DNA from: an uncultured Clostridium sp.
GTDB taxonomy: Bacteria; Bacillota; Clostridia; TANB77; CAG-508
Direction: 5' to 3'
Assembly: GCA_964449925.1 (NCBI GenBank)
Contig: CAYVCM010000002.1
Location: 1 to 57,123, forward strand
Length of the DNA: 57,123 nt
Below the pieces are notes generated by a model that did no database searches, was not told the origin of the DNA, and worked only from the letters and a program-made list of their open reading frames with translations. The position numbers and the translations under genes were made by a program. Below are positions 1-8,147 of the stretch, piece after piece. The stretch's first letter is position 1. Every line of letters starts with the position of its first letter.

Positions 1-88
1 CTTTTTCCTTATTTTTTATTTGTTGAGCATAATATGATTTTCCACTTGCTAATTTTCCGCATATTAGAATAACTTTTGCCAAATTCAT
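1..88 (-). CDS. P-loop NTPase/kinase, N-terminal fragment (gene continues beyond window start)
   Basis: Reverse-strand translation from ATG 86-88 gives MNLAKVILICGKLASGKSYYAQQIKNKEK, with a GxxxxGKS Walker A. AGGAGGG lies directly upstream, so the exact start (ATG or the TTG two codons in) is uncertain. Confidence 0.45.
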   Translation of the reverse strand, partial: MNLAKVILICGKLASGKSYYAQQIKNKEK

Positions 89-107
89 CCCTCCTATAAA
101 TTACTAT

Positions 108-650
108 TTATTTTTTACATATTTCTAATACTTTTTTCATAGTATTAGCAGTTCTTATTGTAATTTTATCGCTTGTTTCTGTACTTGCTGTTTTGCTCCA
201 CCAATTTGATTTTCTATAATTCTTTAAATCAAAAGACCAAAAAATATTGTTTTTATACTCTTGTATTTTTTCATATTCATTAGGAGAGCCTATTGTATCA
301 AATACTTCATTATAAGTAGTTGGTGGAATAATAAATATTATATTATCATATATCTCTTTATTGTCTTTTCCCCACCAGTTTGGACTATGACTTAGCAATT
401 CTTCTAATTCTTGTGAAGTAATAATATAAGTTGGTATGTCAAAATCAAATTTATCTTTTATCATTGCTTGTATATTATTTTTAATAACATTTTTATCATC
501 TATATCACTTTCAAAAACAACATTGCCACTATTTAGATAAGTAATCACTTCTTTATATCCTAAATTAGTGAATTCTTTTTTTAAATCACTCATTGCGATT
601 TTATTTTTACCACTTATATTTATTCCTCTCAATAGTGCTATATATTTCAT
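108..650 (-). CDS. DUF1697 family protein
   Basis: MKYIALLRGINISGKNKIAMSDLK is the characteristic DUF1697 N-terminus. The ORF-track start at 668 is a TTG; the ATG at 650 fits the family start better. Confidence 0.65.
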   Translation of the reverse strand: MKYIALLRGINISGKNKIAMSDLKKEFTNLGYKEVITYLNSGNVVFESDIDDKNVIKNNIQAMIKDKFDFDIPTYIITSQELEELLSHSPNWWGKDNKEIYDNIIFIIPPTTYNEVFDTIGSPNEYEKIQEYKNNIFWSFDLKNYRKSNWWSKTASTETSDKITIRTANTMKKVLEICKK

Positions 651-672
651 AATTTTTCTCACTTTCAAATTA

Positions 673-1149
673 TTATAATTCTATCAAACTATTTTCAAAA
701 TCCTTAACATAGTATTTTATATTTTTTGTTCCTTTTGAAATGATAGTATGTCCTTCTTCTTCAAGTAATCTTTTTTGTAATTCTATTGCCTCTGGATATT
801 TAACATTTAACTCTCCGTCTGATTTTAAAGTTCTCCAATAAGGTGTTATATCCTCATTTCTCTGATAACTAGCCCAAGCAACTATATTTACAAATATTCC
901 TGCTGTCATAGGGTCTGTAAAATCTGCATTGTTTTGTTTGGCTAAATAATCTCTTATTTGTCCTACTGTAACAAGCTTTCCTTTTGGTACTTTTTTCATT
1001 AATTCATCATAATAAAGTGGTGGTGCAAAAAACATTTTAGAACCACCATATTTTTTTATAGTTTTTTCATCTTCTACAATTTGAATTTTAGGCATATCTT
1101 TATTGTTTTTCATCATAGCATTAAAATCTTTTTTATTTTCATTAGACAT
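673..1149 (-). CDS. MGMT/ATL-like DNA-binding domain protein (no PCHR active-site cysteine seen)
   Basis: VPKGKLVTVGQIRDYLA...ITPYWRTLKSDGEL resembles the alkyltransferase DNA-binding domain (iPkGkvvtYGqiA...PwHRVv..G.l). It lacks the PCHR motif. Confidence 0.5.
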   Translation of the reverse strand: MSNENKKDFNAMMKNNKDMPKIQIVEDEKTIKKYGGSKMFFAPPLYYDELMKKVPKGKLVTVGQIRDYLAKQNNADFTDPMTAGIFVNIVAWASYQRNEDITPYWRTLKSDGELNVKYPEAIELQKRLLEEEGHTIISKGTKNIKYYVKDFENSLIEL

Positions 1150-1197
1150 AATATTTTATCTCCTTTATAACTTACTATCTTATAATCTGATAATTTG

Positions 1198-1806
1198 TTA
1201 TTTACTTAATTTCTTTTTATGCCAAATCTTTTTACCGCATTTAGGACATATCATTTTTCTTGTTCTACCTTTGTGAATAGACATTAAAACACTTTTATAG
1301 GCTGGAACATATTTATAATGACAATTATCACATTCATAATAGCCTGCAATTTGTTCTATTTTAACTGCATATCCAACACCTATAATGAATGGAATTAACC
1401 CTATAATAATTAATGCAATTCTTAACCAATCTGGCATATTAACAAATGAAGCAATAAAAACACAAGAAATTAAAATAATTGATACTAATAATCCAATAAA
1501 TACTTCTATATTTAATAGCTCTTTATCTCTTTTTTCTTTTTCTTGTGTCATTTTTATTAAAAGTTCTTCTGATTTATTATTGTACTCTTTCATTTCAATC
1601 ATCTCCCCACTTAATAACTCATTTACACTTATTTTTAGTTCATTACATAAATCAAGCATAATTGATGAATCAGGCATTGCTTTTCCATTTTCCCATTTTG
1701 AAATAGCTCTATCAGTAATATTTAATTTTTCTGCTAGTTGCATTTGTGTTAAATTATTCTTTCTTCTACATTCGGCTATAAATTTTCCAATTTTAATCTG
1801 ATCCAT
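1198..1806 (-). CDS. XRE-family HTH regulator with membrane segment and C-terminal zinc ribbon
   Basis: N-terminal IGKFIAECRRKNNLTQMQLAEKLNITDRAISKWENGK is an HTH_3 signature. Two hydrophobic helices follow. The C-terminus has CDNC...CPKC. Confidence 0.75.
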   Translation of the reverse strand: MDQIKIGKFIAECRRKNNLTQMQLAEKLNITDRAISKWENGKAMPDSSIMLDLCNELKISVNELLSGEMIEMKEYNNKSEELLIKMTQEKEKRDKELLNIEVFIGLLVSIILISCVFIASFVNMPDWLRIALIIIGLIPFIIGVGYAVKIEQIAGYYECDNCHYKYVPAYKSVLMSIHKGRTRKMICPKCGKKIWHKKKLSK

Positions 1807-1930
1807 AATTATTTTACCTCCTTCACTTTAAGTGTAAAATATTATTACAAAAAAATCTACATACCATTGGTTGAGTGGGGTATTATTATATCAACTAATG
1901 TTTGAGTAAAATAACTTTCTCGATAAATTA

Positions 1931-2149
1931 CTATTTTTCATTTTTCACAAAGATATCAAGTAACCCTCTATATTTATCAGTAGTCTTTGCTATATCTCCA
2001 TTTTTTGAACTTTTACTAAAAATATAATCTGCAATACTATTACTAAACATTCTAATTTCATCTTTTGAGTATTCTCTATTTTCGCTTTTTATTCCTATTT
2101 CTTGCAATAACAATTGATTATTTTCTGATAAGTCCATTTTTAAGTTCAT
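1931..2149 (-). CDS. hypothetical small protein
   Basis: 72-aa ORF with GGAGA-type RBS; no recognisable motif. Confidence 0.35.
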   Translation of the reverse strand: MNLKMDLSENNQLLLQEIGIKSENREYSKDEIRMFSNSIADYIFSKSSKNGDIAKTTDKYRGLLDIFVKNEK

Positions 2150-2213
2150 TTTCGATGTCTCCTTCTAATATTTTGTATAGAAAAAATATATCATAACAAA
2201 ATAATTTTTTCAA

Positions 2214-2245
2214 TAAAAAAACTAGCAGAAATTAAGTTCTACTAG
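2214..2245 (-). terminator. rho-independent terminator of the XRE gene
   Basis: Reverse strand reads CTAGTAGAA-loop-TTCTGCTAG followed by T7, immediately after the stop codon at 2246-2248. Confidence 0.6.
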
Positions 2246-2581
2246 TTATTCATCATAATATGCTTTTAGTGTAGAAATAAATTTAAAATAAGCTTTTAAT
2301 TCTTTTTTTGAACTATTATCTAAAAAATTTTCTATTGTTTTCCTAATAGTTAGATTTTGTTTTTCATTATTACCATATAAAATATAGTCTGCTGTTGCTC
2401 CAGTTGTAGTACATATTTTATTTAATGTTTTAATGCTAATAATTAAAGAACCTCTTTCTAATTTTCCCAAATGATTTTCAGACAAACCACATCTTTCAGC
2501 AAATTGTTGTCTTGATTCTTTGTAAATTTCTTCTCTTATTTTTCTAATTCTTATACCGATTTCTAGTGTATTTAATACCAT
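2246..2581 (-). CDS. XRE-family HTH transcriptional regulator (Tn916 Orf9-like position)
   Basis: IGIRIRKIREEIYKESRQQFAERCGLSENHLGKLERG is an HTH_3 signature. It is divergent from the sigma-like gene. Probable start is MVLNT at 2581 rather than 2641. Confidence 0.7.
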   Translation of the reverse strand: MVLNTLEIGIRIRKIREEIYKESRQQFAERCGLSENHLGKLERGSLIISIKTLNKICTTTGATADYILYGNNEKQNLTIRKTIENFLDNSSKKELKAYFKFISTLKAYYDE

Positions 2582-2741
2582 AACTAGCCTCCTTGTTCTT
2601 ATAGTTACTATTGTATATTCCTTGATAAGAATATTACACACCCTATTACTGACAAAATAAGTACCACAACAAGAACATTCACGGCATAAAACCTTTGATA
2701 AATATAGTGTTTTACATTTTTTTATTTCTTAATAATGCTAT

Positions 2742-2753
2742 TTTGTCGACAAA
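2742..2753. promoter_or_regulatory. 12-bp perfect palindrome TTTGTCGACAAA (candidate operator)
   Basis: Lies in the divergent XRE/sigma intergenic region. A half-site TTCGACAAA is at 2765-2773 and a related TGTCGACAAAA at 3953-3963. Confidence 0.4.
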
Positions 2754-3018
2754 CAGCACTAATATTCGACAAATTTCGCACTTTTATTTTTATATAATTG
2801 CTATGGGTTTAGGTACCTATTTAGGAAGGATATAAATTGAAGGTGCAAAAGAAATAATTTAACAGTTAGAAGTACGAATGATATTTATATTTTTTACTAA
2901 ACAAGGTAACTAGACTTATTTTTTTATATTTAAGGAAAGGAGGTTTTATTTTTATACTTCAAAGTATTCATCTTAAGTAGGAATCAAACCCAAATATTTA
3001 AGATTTGGGGGAATACTT

Positions 3019-3426
3019 ATGGAAGTTAAAAATAACTATAAGGAAGAAAGGTTTGATAGTTTCCTTAATAAAACTATTATTTTATCATCAAGAACTTACT
3101 TTAAAAAACAAATAAACATTGCAAATAAAGAAAGAACTATTGTAGATAATGAGGATTATTCTGTTTTTTTAGAAGATCTTATGAGTATGAATAACAAATT
3201 TTCTAGTGTTAGTGATATTAACACTTCTTTAGAATTGCAAAATGCGTTAAAGTCGCTGTCTGCTATTGAGCAGGCAGTTATTTTTTTACTATTTGAAGAA
3301 GAATTAACTCAAAGTGAAGCTGCAGAAATACTAGAAGTTTATTCAAAAACAATTAGTAAAATTAAGATTAGAGCAATTAATAAATTAAAAAAATATTTCA
3401 AGGAGGATTTTGAAAATGGAAAATAA
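3019..3426 (+). CDS. sigma-70 family (region 4) sigma-like factor, Tn916 Orf7-like
   Basis: LSAIEQAVIFLLFEEELTQSEAAEILEVYSKTISKIKIRAINKLKK is a sigma region 4 HTH. Confidence 0.65.
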   Translation: MEVKNNYKEERFDSFLNKTIILSSRTYFKKQINIANKERTIVDNEDYSVFLEDLMSMNNKFSSVSDINTSLELQNALKSLSAIEQAVIFLLFEEELTQSEAAEILEVYSKTISKIKIRAINKLKKYFKEDFENGK

Positions 3427-3595
3427 AAGTTTATATGAATTAGGAAAATCAGCACAGTTAGGCGACGATATGGCAATGCTAGAAATTATTGAAAGAAAAA
3501 AGAAGATGCTTAAAAAATATAGTTTCGGTGATGAAGATAGATATCAATTTATAATTCTAAAATTAATAGAAGGGATAAAAAATTATAAATTTTAA
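3410..3595 (+). CDS. small helix-rich protein (Tn916 Orf8-like position)
   Basis: 61-aa ORF overlapping the end of the sigma-like gene. The assignment rests on position only. Confidence 0.35.
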   Translation: MKMENKSLYELGKSAQLGDDMAMLEIIERKKKMLKKYSFGDEDRYQFIILKLIEGIKNYKF

Positions 3596-3749
3596 AATTT
3601 TTTCAAAATTAGGGGAGAATTTTTTAGACTTACTCACTGTATATATAATGAAGGGCAAATTTTAGGAAGCACTATATTAAACAAAGGACAGGTTGGACAA
3701 GCTCTTATCTGTCCTTTACCTAATTTTATGAAAGGAGAAGATATAGATT

Positions 3750-3920
3750 ATGTTTTTCAGATTATTATTAGTTGGAATATCCCTTGTATTGTTATTTCTT
3801 ATATTTGATATTTTAATACCTAAACTAAAATTGAAATATCGCTTATATAAGGAATTAAGAGAAAAGAAAAAAAGACAGGAAGCCTTTGCTAAAAAAATGA
3901 AAGAATTAGAGATTAAATAG
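3750..3920 (+). CDS. 56-aa membrane peptide (not in ORF track)
   Basis: ATG at 3750 is preceded by AAAGGAGAAG. Translation is MFFRLLLVGISLVLLFLIFDILIPKLKLKYRLYKELREKKKRQEAFAKKMKELEIK, one TM helix plus a basic tail. Confidence 0.4.
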   Translation: MFFRLLLVGISLVLLFLIFDILIPKLKLKYRLYKELREKKKRQEAFAKKMKELEIK

Positions 3921-3994
3921 TTTCTCTAATAATCTTGTCATATCTAAAAAGTGTCGACAAAAAATTAACCAATACAAATATAGGTGGTATTTCA

Positions 3995-4417
3995 ATGGAA
4001 ACACAAAAAGATACAATCCTTAAGCTGTTTTATATTGACCATTTAAGAGTAAAAGATATAGCAGAAAAATTAAAAGTAACTTCTGCTTATATAACCAAAA
4101 TAATAAAAACAGATTCTAGGTATGAAGAAGAAAAAAATTTTAGAAAAGAAAAGTCAAAAGAAAAAAGAAAGCTAGACCAAAATCACTTCGTAAAGAAAAA
4201 AAGAGAAATCAAAAGAATAGAAGATAACTATGCTTTTGTTCAAGCACAACATATACAAGCATCTAGGGAATTATCAAAATCAAAGAAATTAAGTAATGAA
4301 AATTATCGCAAATGGAATAAAAGTGCTTATAAATACAACCCTTCAAGAAATAGGTATGAATTTAGAGAAGAACTTGGTCGTACTGCAGATGTACCTAAAT
4401 ATATTAAAGAAAGGTAA
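3995..4417 (+). CDS. HTH DNA-binding protein with Lys/Arg-rich tail
   Basis: METQKDTILKLFYIDHLRVKDIAEKLKVTSAYITKIIK is a sigma-r4/LuxR-like HTH. AGGTGG RBS lies 7 nt upstream of ATG 3995. Confidence 0.5.
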   Translation: METQKDTILKLFYIDHLRVKDIAEKLKVTSAYITKIIKTDSRYEEEKNFRKEKSKEKRKLDQNHFVKKKREIKRIEDNYAFVQAQHIQASRELSKSKKLSNENYRKWNKSAYKYNPSRNRYEFREELGRTADVPKYIKER

Positions 4418-4447
4418 GCAAACTCTATTTGTTAAAGGTAAAAGATT

Positions 4448-4699
4448 ATGGAAAAACATTTATTAAAACTTATTAAGCTTGCAGATGAATTAAATGAAAA
4501 ACAAAACAAAGTATTTGCAGAAATACACTACTATGGAAATGATAATAAAAAACTAGAAATTTGTATTAGAACAAAAGAAGAATACAAATATGTAGAAAAA
4601 ATAGAAATGCAATTAAAAGATAGCTCAATAATTAACTGGGATGTTGCAGTTCATTTGTTTGAAATGTATGTAAATGGAGGTGCAGATAGTAATGAATAA
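4448..4699 (+). CDS. hypothetical protein
   Basis: 83-aa ORF in the same-strand operon; no motif. Confidence 0.35.
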   Translation: MEKHLLKLIKLADELNEKQNKVFAEIHYYGNDNKKLEICIRTKEEYKYVEKIEMQLKDSSIINWDVAVHLFEMYVNGGADSNE

Positions 4700-4910
4700 A
4701 AAAGAAGCAGTTTCTTATGCTCAAGTAACACTTGATTATATGCAAAGTTCAAAATACAAAGGAGAAATAAACCCTATAACTTTAGGTATAGAAATGAAAC
4801 AATGTTTTAAATTATATCCTAAAAATCTAATAGAAAGTATTGCTAATTCACAGGACTGGGCTAGAAACAAACTAGAAGAATCAAAAAATGGTTGTGATGC
4901 AGATGAGTGA
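4692..4910 (+). CDS. hypothetical protein
   Basis: ORF 4674-4910. GGAGG at 4676-4680 favours the ATG at 4692. Confidence 0.35.
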   Translation: MNKKEAVSYAQVTLDYMQSSKYKGEINPITLGIEMKQCFKLYPKNLIESIANSQDWARNKLEESKNGCDADE

Positions 4911-5091
4911 TGAAAAAATAGGTTTAAATATTAGTGAGGCTGCAAATTTAATGGGAATAAGTAAAAATCTTATGGCCGAATTAGTAAAATATCCAGATTT
5001 TCCTTGTATAAAATTTAAAAGAAGAATTGTTATTAATAAAAAAATGTTACAAGAGTGGTTCGATAAGAACTCTGGTAGATTTTTTACATAA
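4903..5091 (+). CDS. xis: excisionase-type (MerR/HTH_17-like) DNA-binding protein
   Basis: LNISEAANLMGISKNLMAELVKYPDFPCIKFKRRIVINKKMLQEWF is directly upstream of the integrase. Start is ambiguous (4888/4897/4903). Confidence 0.6.
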   Translation: MSDEKIGLNISEAANLMGISKNLMAELVKYPDFPCIKFKRRIVINKKMLQEWFDKNSGRFFT

Positions 5092-5187
5092 ATATTGTGT
5101 TTTTACAAAAATTATTATAAAATAGAGAATATTAAATATTGTGCTTTTACCTTTAATGTTCTCTATTTTTTGAATGGAGGGAAAACA

Positions 5188-6438
5188 ATGCCAAAAACTT
5201 CACAAAAGGTACCTGTGAAGAAGAGAAATACAAAAGGAATGGGATCAATCAGACAAAAAAATGGAGGATATGAAGGCAGAGTTACAGTGAAAGTAGATGG
5301 AAAATCTAAGCAAATATCTTTATTTAATAAAGATAAAAGAGTTTTAGTACAAGAGATGATAAAAGTAAAACAAGAATCTAATGACAATAAGTTTGTTGAA
5401 AAAGATAGAATTACATTAGAGGAATGGCTAAAAAAATGGGTTCGTGTGCACAAAAGACCTTTTGTAACTGCTAGAACTCTACAAGGGTACATTGAAAAAA
5501 TTAAAACTAATATTATCCCATATTTAGGCAATTATCCTATACAGTCTTTGGATAGACTAATCTTACAAGAGTATTTTTCTGATTTAGCAACAGGTAATGA
5601 GAAAAAAGGAATTAAAAAATATTCTCCTAAAACAATTAGGGAGATAAAAAGTATTTTAAATATGGCTTTTGCAGATGCAGAATTAGATAGGATAGTAAAG
5701 TACAATCCTATTCCAACTATTCGCACACCAAAAGTTAGAAAGAAAAAGAAAAAGCCTACATTATCACCAAAAGAACAGCAAGAACTTATACAAATTTTAT
5801 TATCAGAGGAAAATGGTTTTTGTTATATATTTATATTAAATACAGGTTTAAGACCAGGTGAAAATGGAGGAATTAAATGGAAACATTACAGTTATGAAGA
5901 ATCTAATATAAAAGTCAGAGATAATTACGGAAAGATAACATATTATGATGATAACTTTGAAAAAATTGAATCTACATACGAAGAAAAAGAATTAAAAACA
6001 CCTACAAGCCATAGAACTATACCATTGCAAAAATGGTTAAATGATACAATATATCTTTTCATGTTATCAGAATTAAAACGCAGAGGATATTCAAAAAAAT
6101 CTCAAATGGATGAAGAATATATCTTTATAAATGCGTTGGGAAATCCGCTAAGCAGTGATTATTTATGGGATACTTTAGACAAAATATTGAAAAGACATGG
6201 TTTTAAACATATTAGCGTTTATCAGTTAAGGCATTTATTTGCAACAAGATGCATAGATGTTCATATTCCAATAAATCAAATTCAACAATATTTAGGTCAT
6301 GCATTAGGAAGTACGACTGTCGATTTCTATGTTGATTATGATGAAGATACTAATAGAAAAGAAATTGAAAAATTAGAAGAAATAAATAATATAAATGTTT
6401 TACCTGAAAGAGTAAAAACACATCTAATGTTTTTATAA
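5188..6438 (+). CDS. int: tyrosine site-specific integrase
   Basis: Arm-type N-terminus GMGSIRQKNGGYEGRV. Catalytic region has LNTGLRPGE, LRHLFATRC and YLGHALGSTTVDFY. GGAGGG RBS precedes ATG 5188. Confidence 0.9.
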   Translation: MPKTSQKVPVKKRNTKGMGSIRQKNGGYEGRVTVKVDGKSKQISLFNKDKRVLVQEMIKVKQESNDNKFVEKDRITLEEWLKKWVRVHKRPFVTARTLQGYIEKIKTNIIPYLGNYPIQSLDRLILQEYFSDLATGNEKKGIKKYSPKTIREIKSILNMAFADAELDRIVKYNPIPTIRTPKVRKKKKKPTLSPKEQQELIQILLSEENGFCYIFILNTGLRPGENGGIKWKHYSYEESNIKVRDNYGKITYYDDNFEKIESTYEEKELKTPTSHRTIPLQKWLNDTIYLFMLSELKRRGYSKKSQMDEEYIFINALGNPLSSDYLWDTLDKILKRHGFKHISVYQLRHLFATRCIDVHIPINQIQQYLGHALGSTTVDFYVDYDEDTNRKEIEKLEEINNINVLPERVKTHLMFL

Positions 6439-6476
6439 AGGGACAAAAAGCAAAATAAAGGGACATTAAAGGGACA
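6437..6476 (+). repeat. three direct copies of AAAGGGACA (candidate integrase arm-type sites)
   Basis: Copies at 6437-6445, 6457-6465 and 6468-6476, between the int stop and the tRNA-derived core. Confidence 0.5.
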
Positions 6477-6579
6477 TTGCTAAAAAATAGGTTATCAACA
6501 ATTGTTCTAGAATTCATAAATCGGTTGCAGGAGTAAAGATACATCAATTTGTAAAAGACATAAAAAAGTAGAGATATGG

Positions 6580-6629
6580 TCGGGCTCATAACCCGAAGGT
6601 CGTAAGTTCGAGTCTTACCCCCGCAACCA
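6580..6629 (+). repeat. 3' fragment of initiator tRNA-Met (anticodon arm to CCA); att core copy 1
   Basis: TCGGGCTCATAACCCGAAGGTCGTAAGTTCGAGTCTTACCCCCGCAACCA. It has a CAT anticodon, a GGG/CCC anticodon stem typical of tRNA-fMet, a T-arm, and a CCCCGCA-A-CCA end. No complementary 5' acceptor or D-arm lies upstream. Confidence 0.8.
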
Positions 6630-6639
6630 AAGTATATAT

Positions 6640-6671
6640 CGTTACAGCTATCTAAGTTGTAGCGATTTTTT
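6640..6671 (+). terminator. rho-independent terminator following att core copy 1
   Basis: CGTTACAGC-TATCTAA-GTTGTAGCG (9-bp stem with two G-U pairs) followed by ATTTTTT. Confidence 0.5.
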
Positions 6672-6724
6672 ATATTCTCCAATTAGTTTACGATAATGCT
6701 TAAAAATGGCATTATTATGTAGAA

Positions 6725-6757
6725 TTGGGGAAAAGTTGGGGAAGAAATCCTCAAAAA
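6725..6757 (+). repeat. 33-bp direct repeat TTGGGGAAAAGTTGGGGAAGAAATCCTCAAAAA (copy 1); candidate arm-type site
   Basis: Identical copy at 25300-25332. Contains a tandem (G)TTGGGGAA motif. Lies 95 bp inside the left att core. Confidence 0.6.
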
Positions 6758-6783
6758 CTATTGATATTAATAATAAATTTTCA

Positions 6784-6837
6784 GTAAAAGACTATGGGAA
6801 ACCTAATTTTATATTTAGTAGTCTTTTACTTTTTTTA
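6784..6837 (+). terminator. hairpin GTAAAAGACT...AGTCTTTTAC + T7
   Basis: 10-bp perfect stem (6784-6793 / 6820-6829), 26-nt loop, then TTTTTTT. Confidence 0.4.
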
Positions 6838-6897
6838 TCGTGAAAAATTTAATGACTTTTTAAATCACTTTAATGAAATTTGAAAAAAGATTTTAGA

Positions 6898-8088
6898 CTA
6901 GTTTTTTTGTAGTAGCAAGTTTTGTAATACATTTCCTGCATTTCTATTATGAGAAATAATAGGGTGTACATAGAAATTAAATGTTGTTGTAATTTGTGCG
7001 TGACCTAATCTTGCTGCTACTACTGCTACATCAATATTCTGTGATATTAAAAGTGTAGCATTTGTGTGTCTTAATCCGTGAAAGTTAATTACAGGTAGTC
7101 CTATTTGTGCTACATATTTTACAAACCATTTGCTAATTGTAGAAGGGTGCATAGGTTTGCCATCAGCTTGTACAAATAACCTATTAGAATTCGTCCATAA
7201 TTCGCCATAGAATGATTTTTGTTCATCATACCATAATTTATATTCTTCAAGTAAAGAAACAACGAAATCAGGAATTGCTACTTCTCTAATAGAACTTTCT
7301 GTTTTAGGTGTCTTAGTAAATACACCTTTGTCTGCTAAATATTGACTAGAACGATTTATACTTACTATACCAGTTTTGAAATCTACATCTTGCCATTCTA
7401 ATCCCATAAGTTCTCCGAGTCTTACACCTGTAAATATTGTTAAGATGATTGCGACTTTGTATTTGATTTGTTCTTCACCAAGTTCTGTTAGATTTTCTAG
7501 TAATACTTTACATTGTTCATCATCGTAATATCTTCTTTTTGGTTTCATTGCTTTAGGTGGTTGAACTCTTTCTGCTGGATTAGATACAAGTAATTGCCAG
7601 TATATAGCTTTATGTAGCATTGCACGAAGTAGTCTATGATGCTCTAATATTGTCTTACCAGATAAAGGTTTTATTGTTTTCTTGCCATTGTTACTTTTCT
7701 TCCTAACTAATTGTGTATCTCTACTTAGTAAATCATAAAATTGCATAATATCTGTAGGTTTAATTTTGTTAATGTAGAAATGTTCAAAGTAGGGAAGAAT
7801 TCTAGTTTCTAACATTCTGCAATATCTTTTATATGTTGAAGGTGCAAGTTCTTTTGAACCATAATCTCTTTTCCATATTTCTGTAAATTCAGAAAATTTA
7901 AGAGATTTTCCTTCAATTACAAGACCGTTTTGAACATCAGCAACAAATTTAGCAAGTTCTATTTGAGCATCTTTTTTTGTTCCGTGTATTGTTTTTGTAT
8001 GTTTTATTAGTTTTCCATTTAAATCATAGCCATTTGTACATACTAACCTGTAACTATTTTTTCCTCTTTTTTCAATACTCCCAGCCAT
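6898..8088 (-). CDS. int: tyrosine site-specific integrase of the IME
   Basis: Arm-type N-terminus GSIEKRGKNSYRL. Catalytic region has TGVRLGEL, HGLRHTNATLL and LGHAQITTTFNFYVH. GGAGG RBS fits ATG 8088 (MAGSIEK). Confidence 0.9.
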   Translation of the reverse strand: MAGSIEKRGKNSYRLVCTNGYDLNGKLIKHTKTIHGTKKDAQIELAKFVADVQNGLVIEGKSLKFSEFTEIWKRDYGSKELAPSTYKRYCRMLETRILPYFEHFYINKIKPTDIMQFYDLLSRDTQLVRKKSNNGKKTIKPLSGKTILEHHRLLRAMLHKAIYWQLLVSNPAERVQPPKAMKPKRRYYDDEQCKVLLENLTELGEEQIKYKVAIILTIFTGVRLGELMGLEWQDVDFKTGIVSINRSSQYLADKGVFTKTPKTESSIREVAIPDFVVSLLEEYKLWYDEQKSFYGELWTNSNRLFVQADGKPMHPSTISKWFVKYVAQIGLPVINFHGLRHTNATLLISQNIDVAVVAARLGHAQITTTFNFYVHPIISHNRNAGNVLQNLLLQKN

Positions 8089-8147
8089 TACCTTTTTCAC
8101 CTCCTTTCAGGCATAACTATGGATGGGCGAGGATTATTATTAATAAT

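Larger units (their letters stand above)
2246..6629 (+). mobile_element. regulation/recombination end of an integrative element (Tn916-like gene order); left boundary not determinable in window
   Basis: Order is XRE(-), sigma-like, small HTH, xis-like, tyrosine integrase. This is followed by AAAGGGACA x3 and a tRNA-fMet 3' core copy at 6580-6629. Confidence 0.5.

Noticed and set aside
1385-1801. 138-aa plus-strand ORF antisense to the XRE-TM gene
   Set aside because: It lies entirely inside a well-supported minus-strand gene and has an I/N/S/F-rich low-complexity translation, typical of AT-rich antisense frames. The same reasoning applies to 5163-5726(-), 7977-8180(+), 9100-9321(+), 9607-9813(+), 12142-12357(-), 12884-13264(-), 14080-14268(-), 18063-18263(-), 19267-19554(-), 20328-20522(+) and 22444-22686(-).
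3601-3615. 15-nt identity TTTTTCAAAATTAGG shared with 13886-13900
   Set aside because: This is a single short AT-rich match in two intergenic regions, with no flanking similarity. That is insufficient to call a shared promoter or recombination relic.
6554-6629. Possible complete tRNA-Met gene at the left att site
   Set aside because: Only the anticodon arm, variable loop, T-arm and acceptor 3' strand are present. The 26 nt upstream (AAAGACATAAAAAAGTAGAGATATGG) cannot pair with CCCCGCA and forms no D-arm. It is therefore called a 3' fragment.
6350-6682. 110-aa minus-strand ORF in the track
   Set aside because: It spans the integrase 3' end, the AAAGGGACA repeats and the tRNA fragment. It has a low-complexity F/L/Y-rich translation and no RBS, so it is spurious.
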